DNA of 63,477 nucleotides, filler included, from Octopus bimaculoides (GCF_001194135.2; 5 parts of 4 records of this genome joined end to end with filler, not necessarily neighbours in it), one strand, 5' to 3'; positions 1 to 12,062 are shown, counted from the whole stretch's first letter. Notes: generated by a model from the sequence alone, not told the origin. Numbers and translations: made by a program.

Positions 1-343
1 CAGTGTAAGATGATAAATGACAAGAAGAGGGAGACGCTGTCGTTACGAAGACGTGTTAGAATGGATAGGCGTGGGTGGGCCGTCTGGATTTAAATTTGAT
101 AAAGTTTGACTGTAGTCTGTTTAAAAAGCTATAAATTAAATTTCGTGCAGGGTGGGTGGGTATTTTGGCTAGACTTGCGTATAGAGGAGAAGATGAGTGG
201 CATTAAATCGGATTAGTAGAAAAGGAGGAAGGAATATACGTAACATACATATATATATATACATACATGCATATATATATACATACATACACACATACAT
301 GCGGAATCTAGTGCTCTTAGCTTAGTTTTTTTTCCTTGGGGCT

Positions 344-555
344 GGCCAGAGTTGAACAACTTCAAGTATAATCAGCCGAAACTGCAAAGATAATCTGGAA
401 CTCGACTGAGGAAGGAAAGCTCCGAATGACCCGTCCTTGTTTTTTCTTGTCCCTTTTTTCGTATCATCTGTCTGGATGATTTGTTGTCCCTTTTTTGTAT
501 CATCTAACTGTTTGGATGTTTTGCGTTCTTGTCCCATTTTTTGTATTCCTTTTTA
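344..555 (+). mobile_element. Short interspersed repeat, PLE-terminus-like family (second partial copy 34193-34238)
   Basis: ataa(t/c)cagccgaaa(c/t)tgcaaagataatctggaactcgactgagga is shared with 34193-34238; contains an internal ~36-bp tandem duplication (about 445-510) and ends in a TA/CATA microsatellite. The PLE assignment is inference. Confidence 0.5.
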
Positions 556-2097
556 TATATACATACATACATACATACATACATACATACATACATGCAT
601 GCATACATACATACGTGCACACACACACACATACCAACACACATACGTGCATACGTTTGGAGCAAAGTNNNNNNNNNNNNNNNNNNNNNNNNNNNNNNNN
701 NNNNNNNNNNNNNNNNNNNNNNNNNNNNNNNNNNNNNNNNNNNNNNNNNNNNNNNNNNNNNNNNNNNNNNNNNNNNNNNNNNNNNNNNNNNNNNNNNNNN
801 NNNNNNNNNNNNNNNNNNNNNNNNNNNNNNNNNNNNNNNNNNNNNNNNNNNNNNNNNNNNNNNNNNNNNNNNNNNNNNNNNNNNNNNNNNNNNNNNNNNN
901 NNNNNNNNNNNNNNNNNNNNNNNNNNNNNNNNNNNNNNNNNNNNNNNNNNNNNNNNNNNNNNNNNNNNNNNNNNNNNNNNNNNNNNNNNNNNNNNNNNNN
1001 NNNNNNNNNNNNNNNNNNNNNNNNNNNNNNNNNNNNNNNNNNNNNNNNNNNNNNNNNNNNNNNNNNNNNNNNNNNNNNNNNNNNNNNNNNNNNNNNNNNN
1101 NNNNNNNNNNNNNNNNNNNNNNNNNNNNNNNNNNNNNNNNNNNNNNNNNNNNNNNNNNNNNNNNNNNNNNNNNNNNNNNNNNNNNNNNNNNNNNNNNNNN
1201 NNNNNNNNNNNNNNNNNNNNNNNNNNNNNNNNNNNNNNNNNNNNNNNNNNNNNNNNNNNNNNNNNNNNNNNNNNNNNNNNNNNNNNNNNNNNNNNNNNNN
1301 NNNNNNNNNNNNNNNNNNNNNNNNNNNNNNNNNNNNNNNNNNNNNNNNNNNNNNNNNNNNNNNNNNNNNNNNNNNNNNNNNNNNNNNNNNNNNNNNNNNN
1401 NNNNNNNNNNNNNNNNNNNNNNNNNNNNNNNNNNNNNNNNNNNNNNNNNNNNNNNNNNNNNNNNNNNNNNNNNNNNNNNNNNNNNNNNNNNNNNNNNNNN
1501 NNNNNNNNNNNNNNNNNNNNNNNNNNNNNNNNNNNNNNNNNNNNNNNNNNNNNNNNNNNNNNNNNNNNNNNNNNNNNNNNNNNNNNNNNNNNNNTTTTGG
1601 CTAGCTCGCTTTATAATTAGGTTAACGGATAGTTATGGCGGTGATATTACATGAAACACACCTTCTAGGAGATCACTATTTCAAATATGCATAAGCTAGT
1701 TCGGTGGTGGTGGTGGTGGTGGTGGTGGTGGTGGACGTGGTGGTGGTGTACGTGGTGGTTGGCTTTTTAATATTTTCTCTTTATGTTATGATGAGACACG
1801 TGGGTGTAAAAGGTTATTTTTTTTACTGTGTACATGACTCACGTGATTATCTCTGTGTGTGTGTGTGTGTGTGTGTGTGTTGAGTATGTGAGGGCACGAT
1901 GTGTGTGCATGATCGTGCGATTGTGGCTGCGTTGTATGCGCGGATATACAGCGCGCGTATGTGTTGAACTTGTGTGTGTTGGACGTGTATGTATGTTCAT
2001 GTGTTTGTGTGTTTGTAGGTGTGTTGTATGTGTATGCGTGTGTTTGTATCTGTGTTTGTGTGTGTGTATATGTGTTGTTTATATATATATATATATT

Positions 2098-2190
2098 GGC
2101 GCAGGAGTGGCAGTGTGGTAAGTAACTTGCCTCCCAACCACACGGTTTCGGTTCAGTCCCACTACGTGGCACCTTGGGCAAGTGTTCTAG
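2098..2190 (+). mobile_element. tRNA-derived SINE family A, 5' fragment
   Basis: ggcgcaggagtggcagtgtggtaagtaacttgc...ggttcagtcccactacgtggcaccttgggcaagtg; box A/box B-like motifs; matches copies at 13763 and 39521. Confidence 0.85.
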
Positions 2191-2280
2191 TATAATGATA
2201 AATTATACAAGACTATATTCGAAATAAGCATTTAAGCACGAAGAATGCATATATTTAGTGCTCCAATGTAACAGAGTTGA

Positions 2281-2315
<35 letters not shown>

Positions 2316-2849
2316 AAAATTTCGATATAATTGAATGAGGAATAAACCGAGGTGCATAAGCGTTTGCAAAACTGTTTAATGTCTTGTTGAAGAAATTTGT
2401 TTTTCTGAATATTCAAACCTATGGAGCAAATATTGGAATTCGAATTAGTCATTAGGGGAATATAATTACAAAGTAATTGCTTAGAAGCCCTGTTTGTTGT
2501 GGCTTTGCATCTCTGAGCCTTCACTTAAACTACGATTATCTTGAAATAAGTTTTTGCTTAAGCAAAGATCCTGACGTAAGTTTGATCAAAAATTATCATA
2601 GATTAATGAGTTTGTATGTTCGAAAATTGACTGTTTGGTTTTAAACGCTTTTCTTTCTTCTCTTAAACATCAAATATTCTTGGAAAGTGTTGCGGAGAAT
2701 CTATTTGTTTTTTTGGGGATTTTCTTGTGGTTTCTGGAATATAAGAATACCTTATCAAAAATGAACTACCAAAGATTTCTCTGTTAATCCAATAAAGCAT
2801 TGGAACAAGCTCTAATTTTCTGGTCAGACTTTTACGCAATATTCTTTAT

Positions 2850-3045
2850 TCTTTTATTGTTTCAGTCATTTTGACTGCAGCCATGCTGGAGTACCGCTTT
2901 TAGTCGAACAAATCGACCTCAGGACTTATTCTTTGTAAGCCTAGTACTTATTCTTTCGGTATCTTTTGCCGAACCGCTAATTCATGGAGACGTAAACACA
3001 CTAGGATCAGTTGTCAAGCGATGGTAGGGGGAAAACACAGACACT

Positions 3046-3050
<5 letters not shown>
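2850..3050 (-). mobile_element. SINE family A, 3' half
   Basis: tgtttcagtcattttgactgcagccatgctggag...gaaccgctaa...gttgtcaagcgatg matches 9960-10140. Confidence 0.85.
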
Positions 3051-3100
<50 letters not shown>

Positions 3101-3209
3101 TGGATTCTCCCATCGAAGACGTCGTATGATTGTTCAGCTTTTGCCGGACGACCCGTACAAATGATTTGTGTGAACAGGTAGAGCGCATCAGGCGAGGAAG
3201 CAATCGCAG

Positions 3210-3325
3210 AACAACGTGAGATGAAGTGCTTTGCACAAAAATACAAACACCACCCGTTCTAAGAATTGAAATCACGATTGCTAGATCGTGAGTGTAACGC
3301 ATTGACTACTAGGCCATGCACCTCT
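3210..3325 (-). mobile_element. SINE family E, diverged head fragment
   Basis: gaacaacgtgagatgaagtg...gaattgaaatcacga...ctaggccatgcacct resembles 47460-47568. Confidence 0.5.
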
Positions 3326-3365
3326 CTCACTCTCTCTCTCACTCACGCACACACACGCATATATC

Positions 3366-3423
<58 letters not shown>

Positions 3424-3978
3424 NNNNNNNNNNNNNNNNNNNNNNNNNNNNNNNNNNNNNNNNNNNNNNNNNNNNNNNNNNNNNNNNNNNNNNNNNNNNN
3501 NNNNNNNNNNNNNNNNNNNNNNNNNNNNNNNNNNNNNNNNNNNNNNNNNNNNNNNNNNNNNNNNNNNNNNNNNNNNNNNNNNNNNNNNNNNNNNNNNNNN
3601 NNNNNNNNNNNNNNNNNNNNNNNNNNNNNNNNNNNNNNNNNNNNNNNNNNNNNNNNNNNNNNNNNNNNNNNNNNNNNNNNNNNNNNNNNNNNNNNNNNNN
3701 NNNNNNNNNNNNNNNNNNNNNNNNNNNNNNNTATATATATATATGTATGTATCTATCTATCTATCCCGCTATATATATATATATATATATATATGTGCAT
3801 ATATATGTATGTAGATATATATTTATATATATATGTATGTATATATGTATGTATGCATGTATGTATATATATATATATATATACACATATATGTATGTAT
3901 GCATATATGCATGTAGATATATATATGTATATATGTATGCTTGTATGTATGTATGTATGTATATATATATACATACAT

Positions 3979-4010
<32 letters not shown>

Positions 4011-4149
4011 GTATATCTGTATGTATGCATGTATGTATGTATGTACTTAGTAATTAGTTAAATGTTGAATCATCGCGTGTAGAAATGAGACAATATAAGT
4101 GCAACAGTGTCAATGGCTAATGAAGTGGGCTGAATCAGCATTGATAAAC

Positions 4150-4330
4150 AAACATGTGACATAAGTTTGTAGAGTCTTGAAATAGAAGCTTGTCATAGTT
4201 TCATGATGCGTATTTTTAAACGAAACAAAGTGGTTTCCGAGATGAAATAACAAACGAAAACGCTCAGTCATAAAGGATAACTTTGACATATATTTGAAAA
4301 CAATTTTAGAATTAAGAACCTTGTTTACAT
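4150..4330 (-). mobile_element. Possible degraded Penelope-like GIY-YIG endonuclease fragment
   Basis: Minus-strand ERFRLLFHLGNHFVSFKNTHHETMTS resembles the R..NH..SF....T segment of PLE endonucleases (recalled, unverified). Confidence 0.3.
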
Positions 4331-4519
4331 ATGAATGTATATCTATGAACGCATGTATGTTCCTGTATATATACATATATATATATGTATATATAAGGTA
4401 ATACTTATTTGGAAATGGATGCGTGGCGTTCAATCATATAATAATATAAGTAATATATATATGCGTATATACATACGTATATGTACATACTTACATATAT
4501 ACGTATATACATATGCATA

Positions 4520-4720
4520 TGTGGGTACAGGACGTCACGGAACGTAAACAACAAAAAATATGGAATACGAAATACGAATACATGGAATATGAACTTTTTT
4601 GAGAACAACGAAAGAAACAAATGGAAAACAAGACGAGCAACATAACGAACGACCCTTCATCAGTTGTCGGCTGTTTTTCTAATCCGTATTTCGAGCAATT
4701 TACGGATTAGAAAAACACAG
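4520..4720 (-). mobile_element. Short PLE-terminus-like repeat related to 27440-27600
   Basis: Both carry gaca(a/g)ctgatgaaggg and end in acgtcctgtaccc..atatgc followed by microsatellite. Confidence 0.45.
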
Positions 4721-4804
4721 ACAAAAACACAGACACACGCACACACACACTCACACACACACAAAGAATTATATATATATATAATTAATATAGTTAATTA
4801 TATA

Positions 4805-4940
4805 TTCTTTCAGTTTCCCTTTACCAAATCCACTCACAAGGCTTTGGTCGGCCCGAGGCTAGAGTAGAAGACATTTGCTAAGTGGAACTGAACCCAGAAT
4901 CATTTAGTCGCGAAGCAAGCTTCTTACTACACCGTCACAT
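4805..4940 (-). mobile_element. SINE family A, 5' half (diverged)
   Basis: ttctttcagtttcc..taccaaatccactcacaaggctttggtcggcccgaggcta matches 10188-10250. Confidence 0.85.
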
Positions 4941-5614
4941 TTTCGCCTATATATATATATATATATATNNNNNNNNNNNNNNNNNNNNNNNNNNNNNNNN
5001 NNNNNNNNNNNNNNNNNNNNNNNNNNNNNNNNNNNNNNNNNNNNNNNNNNNNNNNNNNNNNNNNNNNNNNNNNNNNNNNNNNNNNNNNNNNNNNNNNNNN
5101 NNNNNNNNNNNNNNNNNNNNNNNNNNNNNNNNNNNNNNNNNNNNNNNNNNNNNNNNNNNNNNNNNNNNNNNNNNNNNNNNNNNNNNNNNNNNNNNNNNNN
5201 NNNNNNNNNNNNNNNNNNNNNNNNNNNNNNNNNNNNNNNNNNNNNNNNNNNNNNNNNNNNNNNNNNNNNNNNNNNNNNNNNNNNNNNNNNNNNNNNNNNN
5301 NNNNNNNNNNNNNNNNNNNNNNNNNNNNNNNNNNNNNNNNNNNNNNNNNNNNNNNNNNNNNNNNNNNNNNNNNNNNNNNNNNNNNNNNNNNNNNNNNNNN
5401 NNNNNNNNNNNNNNNNNNNNNNNNNNNNNNNNNNNNNNNNNNNNNNNNNNNNNNNNNNNNNNNNNNNNNNNNNNNNNNNNNNNNNNNNNNNNNNNNNNNN
5501 NNNNNNNNNNNNNNNNNNNNNNNNNNNNNNNNNNNNNNNNNNNNNNNNNATATATATATGCATGCATTTATATATATATATGTATGTATACATTGATATA
5601 TAAATATATATATA

Positions 5615-5652
<38 letters not shown>

Positions 5653-5800
5653 ATTGAAATTTACAGAAAAACAAAAGACGAAGACAGGTGTATGAAAAAC
5701 AAGTAGGTGTATTAGTTTGATGCTCGGGAAAGGGAGAAAGTCTTTTATGTTTCGAGCCTACGCTCTTCAACAGAAAGGAATAAGAGAAAATATACAGAGA
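5653..5800 (-). mobile_element. Short PLE-like repeat family P2, copy 1
   Basis: Reverse complement aligns with 8885-9050 and, on the same strand, with 12316-12421. Confidence 0.8.
5742..5777 (-). ncRNA. Minimal type I hammerhead ribozyme motif (U6 core variant, decayed stem III)
   Basis: Minus strand CUUU-CUGUUGA-A-GAGC(GUAG)GCUC-GAAA-CAUA-AAAG; stems I and II pair; the ACGU palindrome is decayed to ACAU. Confidence 0.55.
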
Positions 5801-6317
5801 GAGATATATGTATATATATTTATATATACATGTATGTATATGTATATATAAATATATGTATGTATATATATATAAACATATATATATATATATTTATACA
5901 TACACACATATACATCCATCAATCCATCAATCTATACAGTCAAACTAATTTATACATACATACATATATGTATATATATATACACTATTACAAATGTACA
6001 TGTATATATGACTACATCTGTACACGTGTTTATAGGAATGGCGATGTGATGGCGATGGCTGGTGATGTTCAAGGTCTTGTCACGTCAATTCTTTCTTTGA
6101 CGAACACCAAAACTCCATTAGAAAGCACGCATGTCTCTTCTGACTTCAACAACAGGAAATATTAAATATTCACACACACGCATGCACACTGACGCCCGCC
6201 CGCACGCATACACATACAAATACATTCACGCACACACATGCACAAACACACACACATACACACACACACACGAACACGTGCTCACGCACACACATTCACG
6301 TACGCACACACACGTAT

Positions 6318-6356
<39 letters not shown>

Positions 6357-6833
6357 CACACGATCACATGCTCACGTACGCACACACGGTCGCATGCTCA
6401 CTTGCACGCACATGCGCACAAACACGCGTGAAGTTGCAAATATACACCACGTCCAGGCTCCCGTTCACATATATACACATACAGAAACACGGACACGCGC
6501 CCTCGTGAACGCACGTACAATGTTAAATTTCCACATGGACGTACATACATACATACATACACACACACACATACATACGCACACACATTCTCACACACAC
6601 ACAAATAGACACACACAACTACGTATTAATATAATCTTTCGCACGTTTCAATACCTCGTCCAGGCTCCTTCACGTACATAAACACAAAGACCCGATATTC
6701 ACACCCGAACCCAGAACATCTACATACATACATACATACATACATACATACATACATACACGCACGCACGCAAATGCAGGGTCACGAACAACCATCTACT
6801 AACTCAATACCATTTGCCACCACAAGAATATAC

Positions 6834-6854
6834 GATGATGATGATGACGATGAC

Positions 6855-6902
<48 letters not shown>

Positions 6903-7875
6903 AATGAAGGTGATGATAATGATGATGATAATTATGGAAACGATGATGAGGGCAATGATGATGATGATAATGATGTTGATGATAATGATGATGACGATGA
7001 TGATGATGATGATGATGACGACGATGATGATGATGATGATGACGATGACGATGATAATGATGATGATGATGATGATGACGATGATGATGATGATGATGAT
7101 GATGACGACGATGATGATGATGATGATGACGATAACGATGATAATGATGATGATGATGATGATGATGACGATGATGATGATNNNNNNNNNNNNNNNNNNN
7201 NNNNNNNNNNNNNNNNNNNNNNNNNNNNNNNNNNNNNNNNNNNNNNNNNNNNNNNNNNNNNNNNNNNNNNNNNNNNNNNNNNNNNNNNNNNNNNNNNNNN
7301 NNNNNNNNNNNNNNNNNNNNNNNNNNNNNNNNNNNNNNNNNNNNNNNNNNNNNNNNNNNNNNNNNNNNNNNNNNNNNNNNNNNNNNNNNNNNNNNNNNNN
7401 NNNNNNNNNNNNNNNNNNNNNNNNNNNNNNNNNNNNNNNNNNNNNNNNNNNNNNNNNNNNNNNNNNNNNNNNNNNNNNNNNNNNNNNNNNNNNNNNNNNN
7501 NNNNNNNNNNNNNNNNNNNNNNNNNNNNNNNNNNNNNNNNNNNNNNNNNNNNNNNNNNNNNNNNNNNNNNNNNNNNNNNNNNNNNNNNNNNNNNNNNNNN
7601 NNNNNNNNNNNNNNNNNNNNNNNNNNNNNNNNNNNNNNNNNNNNNNNNNNNNNNNNNNNNNNNNNNNNNNNNNNNNNNNNNNNNNNNNNNNNNNNNNNNN
7701 NNNNNNNNNNNNNNNNNNNNNNNNNNNNNNNNNNNNNNNNNNNNNNNNNNNNNNNNNNNNNNNNNNNNNNNNNNNNNNNNNNNNNNNNNNNNNNNNNNNN
7801 NNNNNNNNNNNNNNNNNNNNNNNNNNNNNNNNNNNNNNNNNNNNNNNNNNNNNNNNNNNNNNNNNNNNNNNNNNN

Positions 7876-7911
<36 letters not shown>

Positions 7912-8010
7912 AATGAAGGTGATGATAATGATGATGATAATTATGGTAACGATGATGAGGGCAATGATGATGATGATAATGATGATGATGATAATGATGA
8001 TGGTGATGGT
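6834..8010. repeat. Complex (GAT)n microsatellite spanning an N gap
   Basis: Long GAT/GAC/AAT runs on both sides of gap 7182-7875, with the same ~80-bp variant block on each side. Confidence 0.95.
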
Positions 8011-8200
8011 CTTAAATTTTGGCGCGCAAAATCTGCAATTTCAGGAGTTGGAAGTCAGTTGATTAAGTGGACCCTCCTCCCTCCCTTCAGTGCTCAGCTG
8101 ATACTTCAGTCCCTCGACTTCAAAAAATGGATGGAAGTCAAAGTCGAACCCACCGGATTTTGAACTGGGAACGTAAAGTGCCGGAATAAATGCTGCGGAT
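8010..8200 (-). mobile_element. SINE family B, diverged copy
   Basis: gttgattaagtggacc...agtcaaagtcgaacccaccggattttgaactgggaacgtaaag resembles 25790-25920. Confidence 0.6.
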
Positions 8201-8261
8201 GAAAGCTAAATATGCATGATATAGATGTATAGAATGATGATGATGATGATTATGGTGGTAG

Positions 8262-8292
<31 letters not shown>

Positions 8293-8884
8293 GACGAGAA
8301 CAATGGCGACGACATCACCCGAATTAGAGGTCAAACCACTTCGATTAACAAAACAAAAAAAAAAGCAATGAAATTTACATATACATTATGTGTGGATGGG
8401 GTGGGTGAGTGGATGGGTGGCATTTCGAAAGTGGAAAGCCGGGTGCCAACTATAACTAAAGCGCAAGATAGAAGAAGAAAAAAAAACATGAATTGGAACA
8501 AGAAACACAAACAAATCCGAAGAGAAGTACCGGGCTTCACAACCTTTTACAGAATCTAAAACATAGGTCTGTCCCCCCACCCCCACACCCTCTAAAAAAA
8601 AGAAACAAACAAAAAAGAAATCGGTCAAAACAAAACTGTTATCTTATGTCTGAGACTTAATTCTATAAGAAAACTCAAATATTTTATTCATTCTCAGCTC
8701 AGTACACATATAAATATATACACACGCATACAATCATCGCTCACTACTATATGTGTGTGCATATACATATTATACTTCATATGTATATATTTATATACAT
8801 ATATATATGCGTATATAATACTGTATGCACACACACATACACGTCCGGCATTCGCCATGATAGATCGCTGACCACTACATTTAT

Positions 8885-9050
8885 ATTTTTTTTTCTCCTT
8901 GTTTCTCTCCTTGTTTCATTCTGTGTTCCTTTCTGTTGAAGAGCATAGGCTCGAAACGTCAAAGACTTTCTCTATTCCCGAGCGTTAAACTAGTACATCC
9001 ATTTGTTGTTTACACTACTTGTCTTCGTCTGTTTTTTTTTCGTAAATATA
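8885..9050 (+). mobile_element. Short PLE-like repeat family P2, copy 2
   Basis: ctttctgttgaagagcataggctcgaaacgtcaaagactttctc..ttcccgagcgttaaacta...gtcttcgtc, homologous to 5653-5800 and 12316-12421. Confidence 0.8.
8929..8964 (+). ncRNA. Minimal type I hammerhead ribozyme motif (U6 core variant)
   Basis: Stem I CUUU 8929-32 / AAAG 8961-64; core CUGUUGA 8933-39; extra A 8940; stem II GAGC-AUAG-GCUC 8941-52; GAAA 8953-56; palindromic ACGU 8956-59; GUC triplet, predicted cut after 8960. Confidence 0.7.
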
Positions 9051-9144
9051 ATGCTGTATATGTACGCCAATGCATGTGTTTGTGTTTCTTTGTATTTGCG
9101 AATGTTTCTCTCTCACTGTTTGTTAAGCGATGTTGGTTTCCTTA

Positions 9145-9295
9145 GAGTCCTGTAACTTAGCCGTTCGGAAAAAGAAACTGACAGAATAAGTATCAGACTG
9201 ACTTTAGCAAAATACTGGAGTCACTTTGTTTCAATAAAACCTTTCAAGCGCGGAGCTCCAGCATGGTCGCAGTCTAATGACTGAAACATGTGAAC
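9145..9295 (+). mobile_element. SINE family A, 3' half (diverged)
   Basis: cctgtaacttagccgttcgg...gctccagcatggtcgcagtctaatgactgaaaca matches 13990-14120. Confidence 0.75.
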
Positions 9296-9339
9296 GGGTA
9301 AACAGGTTAGGAAGCTCAACTATTTACTGTCGGCGAATT

Positions 9340-9668
9340 AATTAAAACTTGTGAGATTGAAACATCTGAAGAAGTAAGCAAAGAAAAAACAGATTTTAAT
9401 GAAGAATATTAAAGTTGTCTGCTAAAACATTATTAAGTGGTGGAGAGGAAAACACGGGAGACAACATCCGGTGCCAATTAATACAGCACATGATTTCCAG
9501 CGAATTTCTCTGGTACTTGATGAATCAACAGATGTCTGTGACAATTTGGTGCTGCCTGTGTTTATTCAAGGAATTAATGCTTACAACGGAATAACTAGTT
9601 ACATACATGGAAGAACTAGGCGTGAAGACATTTTGAAGAAGCTGAAGAGAATGTTGACTAAGTAACTG
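9340..9668 (+). mobile_element. hAT transposase fragment (Charlie/GTF2IRD2/SPIN-like), pseudogenised
   Basis: ISLVLDESTDVCDNLVLPVFIQGIN...HGRTRREDILKKLK with the DESTD first-catalytic-Asp motif at ~9519-9533; upstream KLSAKT..NIRCQL in another frame. Confidence 0.8.
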
Positions 9669-9929
9669 GTACTCCGTCGGGCAGCTGCTGTCGCTTGTAT
9701 GTCGGATCCATTTGTTAGTCGAGTCCATAGTGACGATGGCTCGCCTTCCTTTATTCAGGCAGGTAAGGCAGCTTTTCTTTGCCCGGTTTGCTGTGGCGAA
9801 AAACGTTGTCTAGTGGACGAGGTTGAAAGGCATGCGGACAGAGATGTTTCCCTCTGGTCGAACCCTCATCAACGTTTTCGGGTTTCACTTGGAAAAAGGA
9901 AAGTGAAGGTGAGAAGGAGGTGCTGTCCT

Positions 9930-10338
9930 CTCTTTACTCTTTTACTCTTTTACTCTTTTACTTGTTTCAGTCATTTGACTGCGGCCATGCTGGAGCACCG
10001 CCTTTGGTCGAGCAGATCGACCCCAGGACTTTTTTCTTTGTGAGCCTAGTACTTACTCTATCGGTTTCTTTTACCGAACCGCTAAGTTACGGGTACGTAA
10101 ACACACCAGCATCGGTTGTCAAGCGATGTTGGGGGGACAAACACAGACACACGCACATATAAATATATATACATATATACGACGGGCTTCTTTCAGTTTC
10201 CGTCTACCAAATCCACTCACAAGGCTTTGGTCGGCCCGAAGCTATAGTAGAAGACACTTGCTCAAGGTGCCACGCAGTGGGACTGAACCCGGAACCATGT
10301 GGTGCGTAAGCAAGCTACTTACCACACAGCCACTCCTA
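9930..10338 (-). mobile_element. SINE family A, full length
   Basis: tRNA-like head (ends 10337), central TA/CA linker, 3' half and a (TAAAAGAG)n tail at 9930-9962. Confidence 0.92.
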
Positions 10339-11029
10339 CAGCTACCTCGAGAGGTATTTATTGAAAGGTAGGTGAAAGTTGCGAAAATGGTAAGAGTGGA
10401 GTCCTGTCAATCGGAGAAAAGGAGGGCACTTTTCCTTGACCTTTAGAGAGATCTTGATTGGTAGGGTTCCTCGATTGTTCCTAGGAGATCTTCTTATATC
10501 AGGAAGATCAGATTATCTTCATCCGCACTTCTTGTAAATGGTGTATATTATCTATACTTTTTTTCCGTTTTATTGTATTCCATGTATACTTTCTATTATT
10601 TATATATATCATTTCATGGTACGTGAATCCTCACATTTTATGCCTGTCGCTGTATTGTCTCCCTCATCCGTCACAAAGGTGGCAAGTATAATTAAAAAAT
10701 CATTATTATTATAATTATAATATATTAAAAATTATTATTATTGTTGTTGTCTTTGCTTAAATATTTTCAGCCCTTGTGGCCTGCTCTGAACATACGTTTG
10801 TAGTTGAAAAGAGGAAAGGAAACTAAAAAAGGCACCTGCTCCAAAAGTCAGAGTACCCATTGTTTTTAAGGGGTTTTTCCATGAGCGGCCCTCGAACGTC
10901 TTCTCCCTATTGAGGATTACACGTTGTTGATCTTCCTTACAATTACACAGACTCACGCGCACACAGACAAACATTTTTTTATGTGCTGTCCATAATGTTC
11001 TTCATGTAAACCCTTGTGATTATTATTAA

Positions 11030-11073
<44 letters not shown>

Positions 11074-11677
11074 GTTGTAGGAGTGATGTTGGTAGGGGTG
11101 ATCGCAGTCGTAGTGGTGGCAAACGAAGAAATAACAACGTGCTGACGTTTAAACGTGGATGGAATCTGCTTTGGTCTGGTTTTCTGCGGAATAAATAAAA
11201 GGAAAAAAAAAAAACAAAGACAAAAAAGAAAAAAAAGCCTGCCATTGTTAATGTCACAAAACCTGTAAACAATGGGTAGAAAAATGTACGGCGTAGAGGG
11301 CGCCTATTGTCCCGATGAAATATTTTTCGCTGAGTGCATTGAATAGAGAGTTAAGCTTTTCCTCTCACCAACGAACGAATCCTCTTTCCTTCTTCTTTCT
11401 CTATACAGCAGACAATTCTTTAATTCTTTGGATAGTAGAAGATTTAGAAAGTCAATTGAGCACTGAATGACCTCACTCGAAGACAACGGTTTCTTTTACG
11501 GAAGAACAAATACAGTCAAAAATGTAAATAGGCACGTCGTAACTTATCAACTTTGCGTTGTTGTTTTTGTAGCCTGAATGTTGACACGGAGTACATAGAA
11601 ATATATAAATACACCGGTATAAGGAGAGCATACCACCTCACAAAACAAACAAGCAAACGAACAAAAAAAAAAAAACT

Positions 11678-11970
11678 AGCGCTCCGTCGGTTACGACGAC
11701 GAGTCTTCCAGTTGATCGGAACAACGGAACAGCCTGAGCGCTCCACAGAAACGGGTGTGCATAATGTAGTGCTCATGGGGATTCAGGGAGGCAGAAAAAT
11801 GTGACGAGGGTGGAGCTTTGATGTACAGGTAGTACTCATTTTTGCCAGCTGAACGGACTGGAACAACGTGAAATAGAGTATCTTACTCTCAAGGACACAA
11901 CGCACCGCTGAGAATCGAGCTTACGTACTTACGGTCAAGAGCTGAGTACCTTAACCATTGAGCTACGCTC
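11678..11970 (-). mobile_element. SINE family E (tRNA-like head plus shared 3' tail T1)
   Basis: Collinear with 47287-47568: ctccgtcggttacgacgacgag...catttttgccagctga..ggactgg...caaggacacaacgc. Confidence 0.85.
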
Positions 11971-12062
11971 GTAGCCATGCCTACGAACACGTACGCAGAG
12001 ATATGTAAATAAATGAGCGTTTAGAACAGTGTCCTGAGCAATGTCTGCTCTCACATACCTAT

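Noticed and set aside
1700-1765. (GGT)n G-quadruplex candidate
   Set aside because: An ordinary triplet microsatellite, frequent in this window, with no contextual support for function.
2380-2830. Possible additional degraded PLE endonuclease sequence
   Set aside because: Only fragmentary resemblance (NKFL); too weak to call by eye.
6774-8163. Asp-rich ORF resembling acidic shell-matrix proteins
   Set aside because: It is a GAT microsatellite like many others here, with no signal peptide or splice support.
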